IMG/VR virus record: IMGVR_UViG_3300028591_000106
Location: 64,001 to 128,000 of that record
DNA: 64,000 bases
Origin: a virus
Lineage: Duplodnaviria > Caudoviricetes
Direction: 5' to 3' (one strand)
The notes below the pieces were generated by a model, which saw nothing but the letters and a program-made list of their open reading frames with translations, did no database searches and had not been told where the DNA came from. The stretch's first letter is position 1. Each line of letters begins with the position of its first letter. The position numbers and the translations under genes are program-made. This document shows, one piece after another, positions 1-11,382 of the stretch.

Positions 1-561
1 ATCGCCATTAAATTTAAAAATACTAACCTTGCCAAGTGATGCATCATAGTCTGGCGGCGGAATAATTAAATATTCATTATAACTAAAAGCATGATCTTCA
101 CACTCGAAAGTGCCTGTTTCACAAAGTTCTGCAAGAATAGAGTTATAAACTTCTCTGCTCATATCAGAAATATTAAGATAATAAGCTCCAACATAATCGC
201 TAATAAAAGAATATCCTTCAGTATTAACGCCAAGAACTTTTGCTCGAACTTTTAATGAAATATCATTAGTTACAAGTACACCATTGCGTTCTTTAGTTAG
301 CTATATAAGTTGGTCATCGGCGCTTACTCCCTTTGGATCGTCAAGAGTAAATTCAATATTACTAATATTCATATTTTTAGCAATAGTGACTGCCGCCTTA
401 CGAGCCTTCTATCCAATTTCTGAATTTTGATTTTTCTTCAGATCATCAATTTCTCTTAATACACACATTGGAATAATCCAATATTCCTCTTCTCTAGTTA
501 CTACTTGAGGGTAATCAAGAAGAACATTTGTATCAAGGATTTTAACTTTCTTATCTTCCAA
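1..561 (-). CDS. PIN-domain/PhoH2-like protein, N-terminal part (runs off the window)
   Basis: TTG start; ILDTNVLLDYP...IPMCVLREIDDLKK PIN motif; open only if in-frame TAGs are read as Gln; the PhoH ATPase domain would lie outside the window. Confidence 0.75.
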
Positions 562-581
562 AAGTCTTCAACTCCTAATAA

Positions 582-613
582 AAAAGAGGGGAAGCATAAA
601 ACTCCCCCTCTTT
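582..613 (-). terminator. intrinsic terminator
   Basis: AAAGAGGGGGA/TCCCCCTCTTT inverted repeat with A/T tracts, downstream of the ATPase gene. Confidence 0.7.
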
Positions 614-620
614 ATAGATT

Positions 621-1586
621 TTAAAGAACGGCGGTTTTAATTTCATTTAGTGCCTGATGCAATTTTTCAACATCTTGCGGCAAAATCTCTGAAAACTTAG
701 TAGGCTTACCAAAGACCTCTTCAAGAATCTTAGAAACCTCTTCCACCTTTCCGGCATCTGTTGCCTAAGTAAAGACAATCTTTGCCTGTTCAATTAATTC
801 ATCAAAATTAAGTTCAAGATAAGCATTATCAGCTTCAGTTGCCTGAGAGTTATGAGCTTCAGCTTCTTTATCACAAGCGGTCTGAATGGCTTCAGCAATA
901 TCATTATAACTAAATTTTACCTTTGGCTCAATATACTGAAAACGAGACTTTGCAAGGAATCTTTCGTCTCCTCTGAAGAATATGAAACGCTCCTTATTGC
1001 CTTCGTTATCAATAGGAATAAGACGAATATAACCAACAAGGTCAACCATCTTATTGATAATATCAAAAGGACGAGCAGGAAGAGCTGGAACAATTCGTGT
1101 ATATTCCTTGCCAGCGTCATCCTTAAAGACTTTTTCTGTAGCATGGGAAATAAATACAATACCATAGCCAGATTTAGAAAGAGTATCGAGACCAGAGATT
1201 AGTTCTTGCTTTGCAATTTCATAACCCTAGCCCCAATTGAGTTCTCCAATACGAACTACATTATTATCAGCGCAGATCTTTCTTACGAGAAGTTCCCACA
1301 TCATATCAGCAGTATCAATACAAATTGTCTCGAACTTTTCTTTAAGGGCTTCATTCTTAGAAAGCTGATTTACAACAGATTTCCAGTCTGACCAAGTTTT
1401 AATCTGCTGAACAAAAACATTGTCCAAAGCATTAGTACCTTGTTCAAATCCTAAAATCAATGATTTTGGAAACTATGAAGCCAATGTGGTTTTACCAATA
1501 CCAGGGTCTCCATAAAGAAGGATGAACTTGCCTTTAAGACTACGGCTAATTCTCTGCGGTTCAAGTGCCATTAAATTTACAGCCAT
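621..1586 (-). CDS. AAA_24/Sak4-like ATPase (recombination protein), 321 aa
   Basis: Walker A GDPGIGKTT, Walker B TICIDT, FISH motif; joins track ORFs through TAG at 1473, 1227 and 765; ends TAA. Confidence 0.8.
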
Positions 1587-1626
1587 TTATATCCCTCCTA
1601 ATATTTAGATAAAAGTCCAGTTGGGA

Positions 1627-2538
1627 TTACCAACTGAACTTATTATCAGTCTTAGGAGTCTGAGTTCTACCCTGCGGTGCCTTTGTCTTGCTCTCCTCAA
1701 TACGCTTCAAACGAGCCTGAAGACCTGCCATGATGTCGTCGGAATCATAAGCACGCTCTTCGCTAAGACCACACTCGGAACCACTTGTGATGATAAACTC
1801 ACGGCAGCTAGTAGTCTTCTTACGAATAATAGGCTCACCAAAGCCCTGCTTCTCTTCCCAAGTCTCTACCTTATGAGACATATTGATTCTACCAGCGATC
1901 TTAACAGTATCGCCTTCATTCCAGTTTGCAGAAATGAACTGAACTGCGCTAGGAGAAGCTGCAATCATAGGAATGACATCTACCTTGCCCTGATAGCCAA
2001 CAACAGCAACAGTAACTTCAAGTCTACCAGTTTCAATGCCTTCCTTATCTACTTCAGGCTTAGTCTTGAGAATAGTACCACTAATCTCAAATCTAGCTTC
2101 AGGAGTAAAATCTTCAAGAGAACCATTATAAACATTCAGGAAGTTAGAACGAATCTTGTAAGAACTTCTCTCCTGATTGCTTCTGGAGTCAAACCAGACA
2201 TTTTCACTAAGCTGTGCGCCCTTAACAGTAATCTTAGAAGCCAACTGCGGCTGATCTTCTGGACAGGCGGCGAGAGAGGTAAGCTTTTCCTTGTAACCAA
2301 CAACGATTGGATAAAGGTTGCTAACTGTACCATCTTTCTTCAGCTTCGTTGCATAAAGCTCAATAGGAATTTCGCATTCACTGAGCTATCCGTTGATTTC
2401 CTGATCCACTTTAATGGTAGCCTTACCAACAACGATATCCTTGCCGTCAGCAGTCTACTTCTCTTCAAGCTCTAGTTCTTTCAAAATACCGGTAACATCT
2501 ACATTATTAATACTTGGTGTTTCATTAATATTAAGCAT
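1627..2538 (-). CDS. putative OB-fold single-stranded DNA-binding protein, 303 aa
   Basis: ATG 2538 with GGAGG RBS; 2 TAG near the N-terminus; beta-rich with a flexible tail ending in an aromatic residue; next to the Sak4-like ATPase. Confidence 0.55.
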
Positions 2539-2633
2539 TCTTTAACCTCCAAACAATTACAACTATAAAGTAAATTAGGAAATCAACGGAGCGCTTAAAC
2601 GCTCCGCTAATCCCTACCGACTATTAGTAATTA

Positions 2634-2921
2634 TTACTCAGCGTCGGTGACTGCATCTGGATCGAAAGCTGCGCCAGCCTCGGTGAGGTAGAACACAGAA
2701 ACTTCCTTGGTCTTGCCCTCTGCATCGGTGCGAGTCTCCTTCTCACGAACTGCATAGCCCTTGTTGCAAAGACCAGTGACAGAACCGGTGACAGAACCAG
2801 CCTTCTCAAAACCAAGCTCGGTCTGGACTTCCTTAGTTGTGAAACGAACGCCTACGCCAGCTGCCTTCAAGAACTCAAACACCTTACGAGAATTTTCAGT
2901 CATAGTACCTTTCTTAGCCAT
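2634..2921 (-). CDS. small basic winged-helix-like DNA-binding protein
   Basis: track ORF with RBS; VFEFLK...T.KEV...LG...GSVTGL..KGY pattern. Confidence 0.5.
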   Translation of the reverse strand: MAKKGTMTENSRKVFEFLKAAGVGVRFTTKEVQTELGFEKAGSVTGSVTGLCNKGYAVREKETRTDAEGKTKEVSVFYLTEAGAAFDPDAVTDAE

Positions 2922-2993
2922 TAAAAATCACTCCTTAAATATAAGTAAATATAGTTTATTAAAATAGCGTAGTTGCTATTTTTTTACAATTTT

Positions 2994-3022
2994 ATTATAT
3001 CACACTGTGGATAAAAAGTCAA
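2994..3022 (-). promoter_or_regulatory. sigma70-type promoter
   Basis: TTGACT-17bp-TATAAT on the minus strand. Confidence 0.75.
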
Positions 3023-3411
3023 ATCTCTGACTGCTTTTTATCAGGTGACATCAAATCTTTGACCATCTGTTCTGATAGGTCAATAGCTTTATTAAAAGAA
3101 ATAATTAAGCCATGCATTCTAGCTGCACTATAGTGGAACGCTAGTGCGACATAATTAATTTCGGTGAGAGACAAATTAAAGTCGCCAGATAACAATTTTT
3201 GTCTAACTTTTTCATACTTTGAAGCATCTTTCCTCAATGTTTCAACAAATTCCTAAGCATCGTAATTACCAATTTTTTCAGTTGCGATACTCTCTTTGTT
3301 GTCTAGTAATGGATCGGTAAGATTATAAATCCTATCAGTTACCGCCTCAAGTGCGGCTAAAGCAGGATCCTTATTTTTTATAATAATTTCTCTTTTTTGT
3401 TCAAGAGTCAT
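3019..3411 (-). CDS. hypothetical protein, 130 aa
   Basis: ATG 3411 with GGAGG RBS; one in-frame TAG. Confidence 0.65.
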
Positions 3412-3475
3412 ATTAATTCCTCCCTTTCTCATTTTCTATATTAAGTATATCATAGATTATGAAAAAAGTCAAACA

Positions 3476-5884
3476 TTAGGCTTTTATCAAATCTACAATT
3501 TTTGATCCTTCAGGAAGTTTCATCGCTTTAACACCAGTTGCTTCACGAGACAATACTCTCAGTTCGCCAGTATTAAATTTCAGAGTTCCTTTGTTTGATA
3601 TAACAATTATATCACAGTCTTCATTCAAAGTCAAGAATTTAACTATTTCATCGCCCTCTCGAACGCCAGAAATCCTCTTGCCTTTGATACCTCTATTGCA
3701 AACAGGGAAATCAGCAATATCGGCTTTCTTAATAAGACCATCACTGGATACTGTAACAAGATACTTACCAGTAATAATCTTGGAATCAATTACCTTATCG
3801 CCATCACTTAGCTTAATCGCTTTTACTCCGGCGGTTACTCTACCAATCGTGGTTATTGATTCTGTATCAATTATAACATAATTTCCAAAAGAAGTCAAGA
3901 TTCCGACTCGCTCTTTATTCATAAAATGAACAGCGACAACTTCATCATCATCTTTAAGATTGATAGCCTTCAAAGACTTTCCACGCTTCTTCTCATATTC
4001 AGATGCACTTGTCTTTTTAATCATACCATTTTTAGTAATAAAGACAAAGTTTTCCACTTCACTCTTACGAGCAATAGTAGTAATAGTATTGATTCTTTCG
4101 CCATTTGTAAACTCAAAAAGCTGATTTACATTGATCTTACCACCGACAGGTAAATCAGATGTGGCAATAGAATACATATTACCCTTATTGGAAAATGCAA
4201 GAAGCGTACCAAGATTGTTGTCAGAAAGAGTTTGAGTTATAGCTTCTCTATCGCCAACTTTAACTTTTGATCCTTTACCGCCGCGGCGAACAGACATAAG
4301 AGTAGAAGACTCCTGTGTATAAATATTGCCGAGGTTGGTAAAGTGAATAAGAAGTTCCTTCTTTTCGATAGGTTCTGCATCTTCTTCTTCGCCGGCAAAG
4401 TCAAAATTAGTCAAACGAGTTCTACGCTCGTCGCCATATTTCTTTGCAATTTCACGAAGATCTTTCTCGATTTCTGCATAAAGTAACTTATTATCAGCAA
4501 GAATATCTTCATGCTCCTTCTTCTCAACGAGAAGTTTTGCTTTTTCATCGTCATAAGATGAACTCTCAAGATGAGTCAATTTGCTTAAAGTGAGTTTAAG
4601 AATAGCATCAGCTTGTTCTTCATCAAGAGGATACTTCTTCATCAGCTCAGATCTAGCTTGATCTTTATCATCAGAGAAACGAATTGTCTGAACTACATCA
4701 TCAATATTTGCAATAGCAATAAGTAAACCATCTATAATGTGAATACGATGCGTAATCTTTTTAATGTAGAATTGATGAATTTTAGTTCTAATATCAATCT
4801 CATGGTCAAGGTGCGCCTGCAAAGCCTCTTTCCAAGAAAAGAGTTTAGGATAAGTACCATGATCAAGCATAATCATGTTAATAGGATAACAAGAATCCAA
4901 ATCTGTCTTTTTGAACAGAGTTTTAATCATCTTGCTAGGATTAACACCTTTTTCAAGAACAATCTTTAGATTTGCGGTATTTTTAGACAAATCCTTAATT
5001 CCGTCTTTTGCAATACCAATAATCTCTCCGTTATTGATTCCATCAACAATCTGCTCAACAATAGTATGAGTATAAACTCCATATGGAACTTCTGTAAAAT
5101 ACAACGCATTTTCATCAGAATTAAACTCTACAGTTGCTCTCATACGAACAGAACTACCCAGCTTCTTGCCGTTCCATTTCATACCTTGCACAGCTTCACC
5201 ACCGCCATATCGAAGAACTTCCTTAACAGCATCTGCATTAAGAATAGTTCCACCGATACAGAAATCCGGTGCGCAATAGATTTCATCAAAATCAATATCT
5301 GGATTCCACAATAATTTAATCATAGCTTCATTAACTTCTCTTAAATTAAACTGTGGAATAGAACTTGCCATAGCCGTAGCAATACCAGAAGTACCATTTA
5401 CAATATTATAAAATCCTAAAGAAGGAACTACACTTGGGAATTGTTTTGTTCCAGAATAATTGTCAAACCAAATGTCTACGCAATCTTCGTCAATCCCGTC
5501 ATAAAGCTGGCAACCAAGTTCACCTAGTCTCATATCAGTATAACGGGCGGCGGAAGGCTTACCAGTTTTAATATGACCAAACTGTCCCTTAAATCCCATA
5601 AGAGGATATCTCATGTTATAAGGACGAGCAAGTCTTGTTAAAAGATCATAACAGGCGGCGTCACCATGAACATAGAAATCTGCCATAGCTCCACCGACAC
5701 ATTCTTGAGACTTAACAAAAGGTTTCTTATAAGTATATTTACGAAGAAGCAATGAATACATACACATACGATGAGACGGCTTTAAACCGTCTCTCGCATC
5801 AATAACAGCACGATCTTGAATTGTCATGCCAGCATATGTACCAAAGCTATCTTCAACAACAGATAACATATCGAGTTCGTTCAT
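3476..5884 (-). CDS. gyrA: type IIA topoisomerase subunit A (GyrA/ParC-like)
   Basis: DGLKP, YVHGD, AARYT catalytic Tyr, C-terminal beta-pinwheel repeats; no TAG. Confidence 0.92.
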   Translation of the reverse strand: MNELDMLSVVEDSFGTYAGMTIQDRAVIDARDGLKPSHRMCMYSLLLRKYTYKKPFVKSQECVGGAMADFYVHGDAACYDLLTRLARPYNMRYPLMGFKGQFGHIKTGKPSAARYTDMRLGELGCQLYDGIDEDCVDIWFDNYSGTKQFPSVVPSLGFYNIVNGTSGIATAMASSIPQFNLREVNEAMIKLLWNPDIDFDEIYCAPDFCIGGTILNADAVKEVLRYGGGEAVQGMKWNGKKLGSSVRMRATVEFNSDENALYFTEVPYGVYTHTIVEQIVDGINNGEIIGIAKDGIKDLSKNTANLKIVLEKGVNPSKMIKTLFKKTDLDSCYPINMIMLDHGTYPKLFSWKEALQAHLDHEIDIRTKIHQFYIKKITHRIHIIDGLLIAIANIDDVVQTIRFSDDKDQARSELMKKYPLDEEQADAILKLTLSKLTHLESSSYDDEKAKLLVEKKEHEDILADNKLLYAEIEKDLREIAKKYGDERRTRLTNFDFAGEEEDAEPIEKKELLIHFTNLGNIYTQESSTLMSVRRGGKGSKVKVGDREAITQTLSDNNLGTLLAFSNKGNMYSIATSDLPVGGKINVNQLFEFTNGERINTITTIARKSEVENFVFITKNGMIKKTSASEYEKKRGKSLKAINLKDDDEVVAVHFMNKERVGILTSFGNYVIIDTESITTIGRVTAGVKAIKLSDGDKVIDSKIITGKYLVTVSSDGLIKKADIADFPVCNRGIKGKRISGVREGDEIVKFLTLNEDCDIIVISNKGTLKFNTGELRVLSREATGVKAMKLPEGSKIVDLIKA

Positions 5885-5905
5885 TTTATCACTCCTTATA
5901 ATAAT

Positions 5906-5934
5906 ATTATATCATATTTACTTTTAAAAGTCAA
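5906..5934 (-). promoter_or_regulatory. sigma70-type promoter
   Basis: TTGACT-17bp-TATAAT. Confidence 0.75.
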
Positions 5935-5937
5935 ATG

Positions 5938-7830
5938 TTAAACATTATTATACTTACTAAAATCAATACGAGACATAACGAACTCTTTTCTTGGCTTAAT
6001 ATCAACACCCATAAGCTCGCAAAGTCTTTGAGCAGCTTCTTCTGAGTATATAATCTGCTCCATCTTTTGTCCGCCAGTTTTAGAGAACATTGTTGCCTTC
6101 AAGTCTGCTTCTTCAAGCTGACCAAGTCCTTTAATACGGTCCAAGTCGCCTTTGATCTTGCCCTTAGCTTTTGCGGCGGCAAGCTCTTCATCAGTATAAT
6201 ACCAGCTCAATGGCTGCATATTTTTATCATACGCAATATGAAGAGGACAGCGTAGCCAGTATACACGATTTTCTTGTAAAAATTGAGGACAAATTCTATA
6301 AAGGTTGGCGAGAATAAGAAGTGCAATATGATAGCCGTCATCATCAGCATCAACGCAGATAGCAATTTTTCCATAACGGAGTTTCTTTTTATCATAGTGA
6401 CCAACATCAATTCCTAGAGCATAGATTAAAAGCTCAATTTCTTTATTGCTAAAATACTTTTCATCGTCATCTTCTTTTAATCCATTTAACATCTTACCAC
6501 GAAGATACATTACTCCATAGTTCTTTGTATCTCGACCTGCGATAATTGCATTGCCTGCAGAGTCTCCCTCGCACACACAAAGAATAGAATCTTCACCCAA
6601 GTTCTCTGCATCAGCAAGTTTATCAAGAAAAGCTACCTTCTGCTTACGAAGTTCATTCATCTTCTTATTACGATTCAATGCGGCTTCTCTTGCTTTATTT
6701 GCAGCTTTTTCAGCATTTGCAAATTTCTTCATCATTTCAATGATAGGTCCAAAGTCAGGAGTATCAGAGAATTGAGTCAGTCCATCATCAAATGCCTGTG
6801 ATGCAAGAGTACGAAGATTAGGGTTGTTAATCTTGCTCTTAGTCTGGTTTGCAAATGAAGGATTGACAACGCGGCAGTTAATCGCATATACTAATCCTTT
6901 ACGAATAAGGTCTGGATCAAAGTTCTCTCCACTTAAAGATTTAATCTTTGTGGTGATCTTTGTTTTAGCTCCAGTGATAGGAGAGCCGCCTTCCGGACAA
7001 TAAAGACCATTAACAAAAACATAGTCTTGAGTAGGATCTGCAGTCCACATGAAAGCAATTTCTACTTCATCAACTCCATCTGTTGCAGAAGCAAGAATCG
7101 GAGCAAGCATAAGCGGCTTTTCAACATGGTCTCGAATGAAGTCTGCGATACCATTTTCAGAGTAATATTCCTCTTTCTTACCTCCCTTTGTAGCAACAAT
7201 AAAATGAATACCTCTGTTAAGGTAAGAAATATTCTTTATCTCACTACAAATTCTTTCATAAGAAAAGCCTTCTGTATCATTAACAAAAACTTCTTTATCA
7301 GGTTTAAAAACGATAAGAGTTCCAGTTTTCTTTTTATCGTCTACAACAATACCGCTATCTTTAAGATTAACTTCTCGATAATCTTTCAGGATACCTTTAT
7401 CGAAGCAGGCTTCTGCAACTTTTCCATCTCTAATACTACGAACATTAAAATATTCTGAACTCATACATACAGCTGTACCGCCAATACCGTTAAGTCCAGA
7501 ACTATTTTTATATGCGTTTTTATCAAACTTACCACCGGTATGACTCTCAGTATAAATTGCAACAAGGATGTTCTTCCCGTCTTTAATACCAAAAGGAACG
7601 CCGCGTCCATAGTCTCTTACTTCGATACGGTCAGTTTCCTCATCAAGAGTAATTTCAATTCTATCGCCATAACCAGCTAAAGCCTCATCAGTAGAGTTGT
7701 TTATAATCTCTTTAAGTGCCTGATAAATACCTTCAGTGTCATCTGAACCAAGATACATTTGAATACGAGTTCTCATAGCTTCTCTTGTTTCAAGATGCTG
7801 AATACTATCAATACTATAATCTTGAGCCAT
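5938..7830 (-). CDS. gyrB: type IIA topoisomerase subunit B (GyrB/ParE-like)
   Basis: EIINNSTDE, DYGRGVP, HTGGKF, EGDSA, LRGK, DADDDG, KGLG motifs; no TAG. Confidence 0.93.
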   Translation of the reverse strand: MAQDYSIDSIQHLETREAMRTRIQMYLGSDDTEGIYQALKEIINNSTDEALAGYGDRIEITLDEETDRIEVRDYGRGVPFGIKDGKNILVAIYTESHTGGKFDKNAYKNSSGLNGIGGTAVCMSSEYFNVRSIRDGKVAEACFDKGILKDYREVNLKDSGIVVDDKKKTGTLIVFKPDKEVFVNDTEGFSYERICSEIKNISYLNRGIHFIVATKGGKKEEYYSENGIADFIRDHVEKPLMLAPILASATDGVDEVEIAFMWTADPTQDYVFVNGLYCPEGGSPITGAKTKITTKIKSLSGENFDPDLIRKGLVYAINCRVVNPSFANQTKSKINNPNLRTLASQAFDDGLTQFSDTPDFGPIIEMMKKFANAEKAANKAREAALNRNKKMNELRKQKVAFLDKLADAENLGEDSILCVCEGDSAGNAIIAGRDTKNYGVMYLRGKMLNGLKEDDDEKYFSNKEIELLIYALGIDVGHYDKKKLRYGKIAICVDADDDGYHIALLILANLYRICPQFLQENRVYWLRCPLHIAYDKNMQPLSWYYTDEELAAAKAKGKIKGDLDRIKGLGQLEEADLKATMFSKTGGQKMEQIIYSEEAAQRLCELMGVDIKPRKEFVMSRIDFSKYNNV

Positions 7831-7858
7831 TTAATCACTCCTTTCTATTTATAATTTA

Positions 7859-7887
7859 ATTATATCATAAAAAACGAAAAAAGTCAA
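7859..7887 (-). promoter_or_regulatory. sigma70-type promoter with its -35 box inside an inverted repeat
   Basis: TTGACT-17bp-TATAAT; AAAGTCAAGA/TCTTGACTTT inverted repeat at about 7880-7906. Confidence 0.7.
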
Positions 7888-8058
7888 GATATTTAGTCTT
7901 GACTTTCATTACTATTAAAAATTTTATCTAAAATATCTTCAATACAATATTTCATTCATCTCTATTTTCCTCAATCATTTTCATTGTTCTTTTCCAATCC
8001 ATATCACTAAGAATATTGCCAATAAAAAATACTCCAAGAATAATTAATACATATTTCA

Positions 8059-9006
8059 TTACTTCTGCTCCTTCAAATACTTGATTGCACTTTGTACTGC
8101 ATTAGCTCCATCAGATGCAGCAGTTAGAGCTTGTCGTGTCATTTTTGTGCGACAATCTCCGGCGGCAAAGAAGCCTGGATTAAGCATACTAATACCAGTA
8201 TCCAATGCGGTTATATAACCGTCTTTATTAACTACATCAGAAATATTAATATGAGCAGTATTTGGAATCATACCAATCGCGACAAAAACTCCGTCAACAC
8301 TAATACATAGCAATCTTGCTTTACCATCATCTGGTACTTTACGGAACAATACTATTTTATGCTGCTCTTCGCCATCAGTAATAGAAAAGCGATTTGTTGC
8401 AATTTCATTAACGATAAAATCATAGGTAATGTGAATATTTTTAATTTTAGAAACTCTTTCAAAAGTTGCTGGTGCTGCAGTTACATTGCGGTCGCACATA
8501 ATAATATGAACTTGCTTACAAATCTTTGATAGATATTCTGCTTGAGTAAAAGCCACATCACCGCCGCCAATAACAGCAACAGTTTTATCTTTATATAGTG
8601 CTCCGTCACAAAGTGCGCAATAATGAATCGGGATTCCTTCTTCGATTTCACAATTCAATTCTCTATGTCTTGCGCCAAGGGCATAAATGATTGCTTTCGC
8701 ATAGTCTTCTGTACCATCAGTATATTCAACTGCGAATCCGCCTTCTACAAGTTCACTAACTACTCCTATCTCATGTTCTTCAACTTTAATTCCATTTGCT
8801 TCAAGTTGATCATGAAGTTTCATAGCTAAATCGAAGCCAGACATTGGTTCTACACAAGGAAAATTTTCTACAAGAATAGCATTACTAATCTATCCGAAGT
8901 CATATTCATCGCGTCCAACAAGTTTAAAATCAAGATTTGCGCGCTTAGCATAGAGGGCGGCAGTCATACCTGCCATACCATTACCGAGAATTATTAAGTC
9001 TTTCAT
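8059..9006 (-). CDS. trxB: thioredoxin reductase, 315 aa
   Basis: GNGMAGMTAALYA FAD motif, FG(TAG)I at the conserved GQ, HYCALCDG redox motif, VIGGGD, FAAGD. Confidence 0.9.
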
Positions 9007-9172
9007 CGTCTACCTCCTCGAATAAAGATAAGCCATCTTCAATGTTAATTGATTCTCCATTATAACCTATAATTGTGCCGTCACAATCTGAATCTTTGTC
9101 AATTAATCCCATTTCATTAAGAATCTTATCAAGTGATGATAAAGCTTCTTCAGAAAAATCAATATGCTTCAC
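8981..9172 (-). CDS. hypothetical protein
   Basis: track ORF coupled to its neighbours by overlap. Confidence 0.5.
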   Translation of the reverse strand: MKHIDFSEEALSSLDKILNEMGLIDKDSDCDGTIIGYNGESINIEDGLSLFEEVDDERLNNSR

Positions 9173-9600
9173 TGATTATCCCCCAAATCAATTTCATAGT
9201 CTGGTAAAACACGAATTCCCTTTAAATCTTTTTCAAGAGTGCTTTTTTGAAAAGGAAAACAACCGCAATGAGGTTCTATATTTGCTGATACCATAAATAT
9301 TTCAGTAACTACATCATAAGAAAAATTACTGTCAAAAATTACTGCATTAGCCCTGCGGCCGCGAAAAGAAATCACTTCATCATTCATTAAATAAATGTCA
9401 ATCTATTGATGGATACCTCTATATTTAATGGCTTTCTCAAATTTAATTTTATTAAAATTTAATTCATTTGCGTCAATTTCTTTTTCAAATATAGCCATAG
9501 ATTCTTTATCCTTGCAGAAAATATTAACAGTAAAAGGCTTAGGATACCATTTAAATCTATCCATTAAGTCTTCAAATATCATATCATTTAAATATCTCAT
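9169..9600 (-). CDS. hypothetical protein, 143 aa
   Basis: track ORFs 9403-9600 and 9169-9387 fuse in frame across the TAG at 9403. Confidence 0.6.
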
Positions 9601-9863
9601 TATCTATTCTCCCAATAATTAGATTCTCTCTGTTGCATCCTGATCTCTTTATCAACGATTTGACTTAATCTATTACGCTGTTGGATATCATAAGCCTTAT
9701 GTCCGCAACATGGACACTTAACATACCAGCTATCTCCTTCTCTTTGATCGCCACAATATGTATATTCGGTCTTATCTGCCTTACCAATCCAGCCGCAATT
9801 AAGGCATTCAAAATATTTATATTCTTTAGTAACTTCAAGATTACCCTCAACTATTGTTTTCAT
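9600..9863 (-). CDS. zinc-ribbon protein
   Basis: CxxC ... CPCC motifs. Confidence 0.6.
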   Translation of the reverse strand: MKTIVEGNLEVTKEYKYFECLNCGWIGKADKTEYTYCGDQREGDSWYVKCPCCGHKAYDIQQRNRLSQIVDKEIRMQQRESNYWENR

Positions 9864-10107
9864 TATTGTCCTCCATTTTTTTTCGATGTAAATAATCTAA
9901 TGTCATTCCCTTGGCAGTATCGCAATTATAATAATCTCGACAGGATTGACAAAATAGATTATATCCCTCATTCTGACACTTATAGCAATCGCCACATCCG
10001 GGCGCACCGCCATTAACTTCTGCAATTAAGCAAGTCTTACAAATACAGTGGTGACAAAATTTCTTAACATTGTCCTCATGCTCTTTTTGAATTTCAATTG
10101 CTCCCAT
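9847..10107 (-). CDS. Cys-rich small protein
   Basis: about 10 Cys in CxxC pairs; GGAGG RBS. Confidence 0.6.
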   Translation of the reverse strand: MGAIEIQKEHEDNVKKFCHHCICKTCLIAEVNGGAPGCGDCYKCQNEGYNLFCQSCRDYYNCDTAKGMTLDYLHRKKMEDNNENNS

Positions 10108-10597
10108 TAATCCAATCCTCCAATCTCATTGCTTTTTGATTACAAGATGCTAAATTAACTCCAAGTAGTTCATCATAAACAGGTGAGCTATCTGGAATAA
10201 AACGCCCAAACTTAACTATAATATTATCTCTGCCATCAAAAAGCCATAATTTATAAAGTTTTCCTTTAATTTCTTCAGGATAATACCCAGTATAAATTAC
10301 AATATCATCCTTGCTTTTCTGTCTGAATTTCTATATAAAATCAAACAAATATAAAAAGTCGTCAAAAGGTTCAAGTCCTCCTATAACAACTGCCTCTGTA
10401 ATTGAATTATTTAAATATCTTTCAATTACTTCATCATACTCAACTTCGATAGTAGGTGCGGCGGCAAGAGAAGAGTTCTAACATACAGGTCTTCCACATT
10501 CTTTATCGCACTTAAAACTACAAGAAGGAAAGTTAATAAACATCGAAGGCTTCTTGTAATTTACGAAATCTTCATCAATTATTCCTTTTATTAGCAT
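10094..10597 (-). CDS. nrdG: anaerobic ribonucleotide reductase activase (radical SAM), 167 aa
   Basis: DEDFVNYKKPSMFI, CSFKCDKECG...C(TAG)N matching the conserved CQN, GGLEP, IYTGY, KFGRF; absent from the track because of TAGs. Confidence 0.85.
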
Positions 10598-11006
10598 TAA
10601 CTTCCTCCTAAATTTTCTCCATAGCAGCTCTTATATTTTCAGTTGAAACTGCATGAATTAATGGTATTTCACTATATTTATCAATAACTTTCTCTTCTTT
10701 AGAATCTCCTCCAAATTCATTAAACCAATCTTTCCACGCTTTTGTAATAGCTTCTTTACTATATATTCTTCCCATACGGTCAGGACCAGAACAATCCATT
10801 ATGCTCATTCTAACAAGTGTCTTTTTCATTTCATCTTCTGAAACTTGGGGAGGATTAAATTCCGCAAAGGTATTTAACCATTCAGGTGGATGTTCTGGCA
10901 CAATAGTGGTATTTCTCATGGCTTCTAATATATTTTCATCCTTAAAAAGTTCTTCAAAAAACTTTTTCAATTCTTCATAATCATTCGTACCCATATTCAT
11001 GATCAA
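10575..11006 (-). CDS. hypothetical protein
   Basis: track ORF 10608-11006 extended through TAG to the TGA at 10575. Confidence 0.55.
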
Positions 11007-11382
11007 CCTTCCTTACTATAGCTTCCATCCCGCATCTTTTAGCAATATCAATCATTCCTTTTGTACCGCGAGATTGTCCATCCCAAAAAGCAAAAAGTAT
11101 TGCCTTATCAGAATCCTTAATAGCATAATCAGCCATTTCCTTATTCCTAATCATTCCTGCTGCCTTACCATAGGTATCCCATTGAGCATGGAAGACAGTC
11201 AATTTTAACCCATAAGATTTAGCTAACTATTCGCCTAAACTATCTGCACCTCTTGCTCCGCCAGAAATGATCTCAACATTTTCTTTAAGAATACCGCGGC
11301 TCATAAAACATGAAACCACGGTATCCTCAACTATGTCATAATCGTAAAAATTGCGCGAACCGGCAATAATTACTTTAATCAT
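10981..11382 (-). CDS. SLOG-superfamily (YspA/DUF2493-like) protein
   Basis: VIIAGSRNF, IISGGARGAD, AGMIRN.EMA, AFWDGQSRGT; one TAG. Confidence 0.8.
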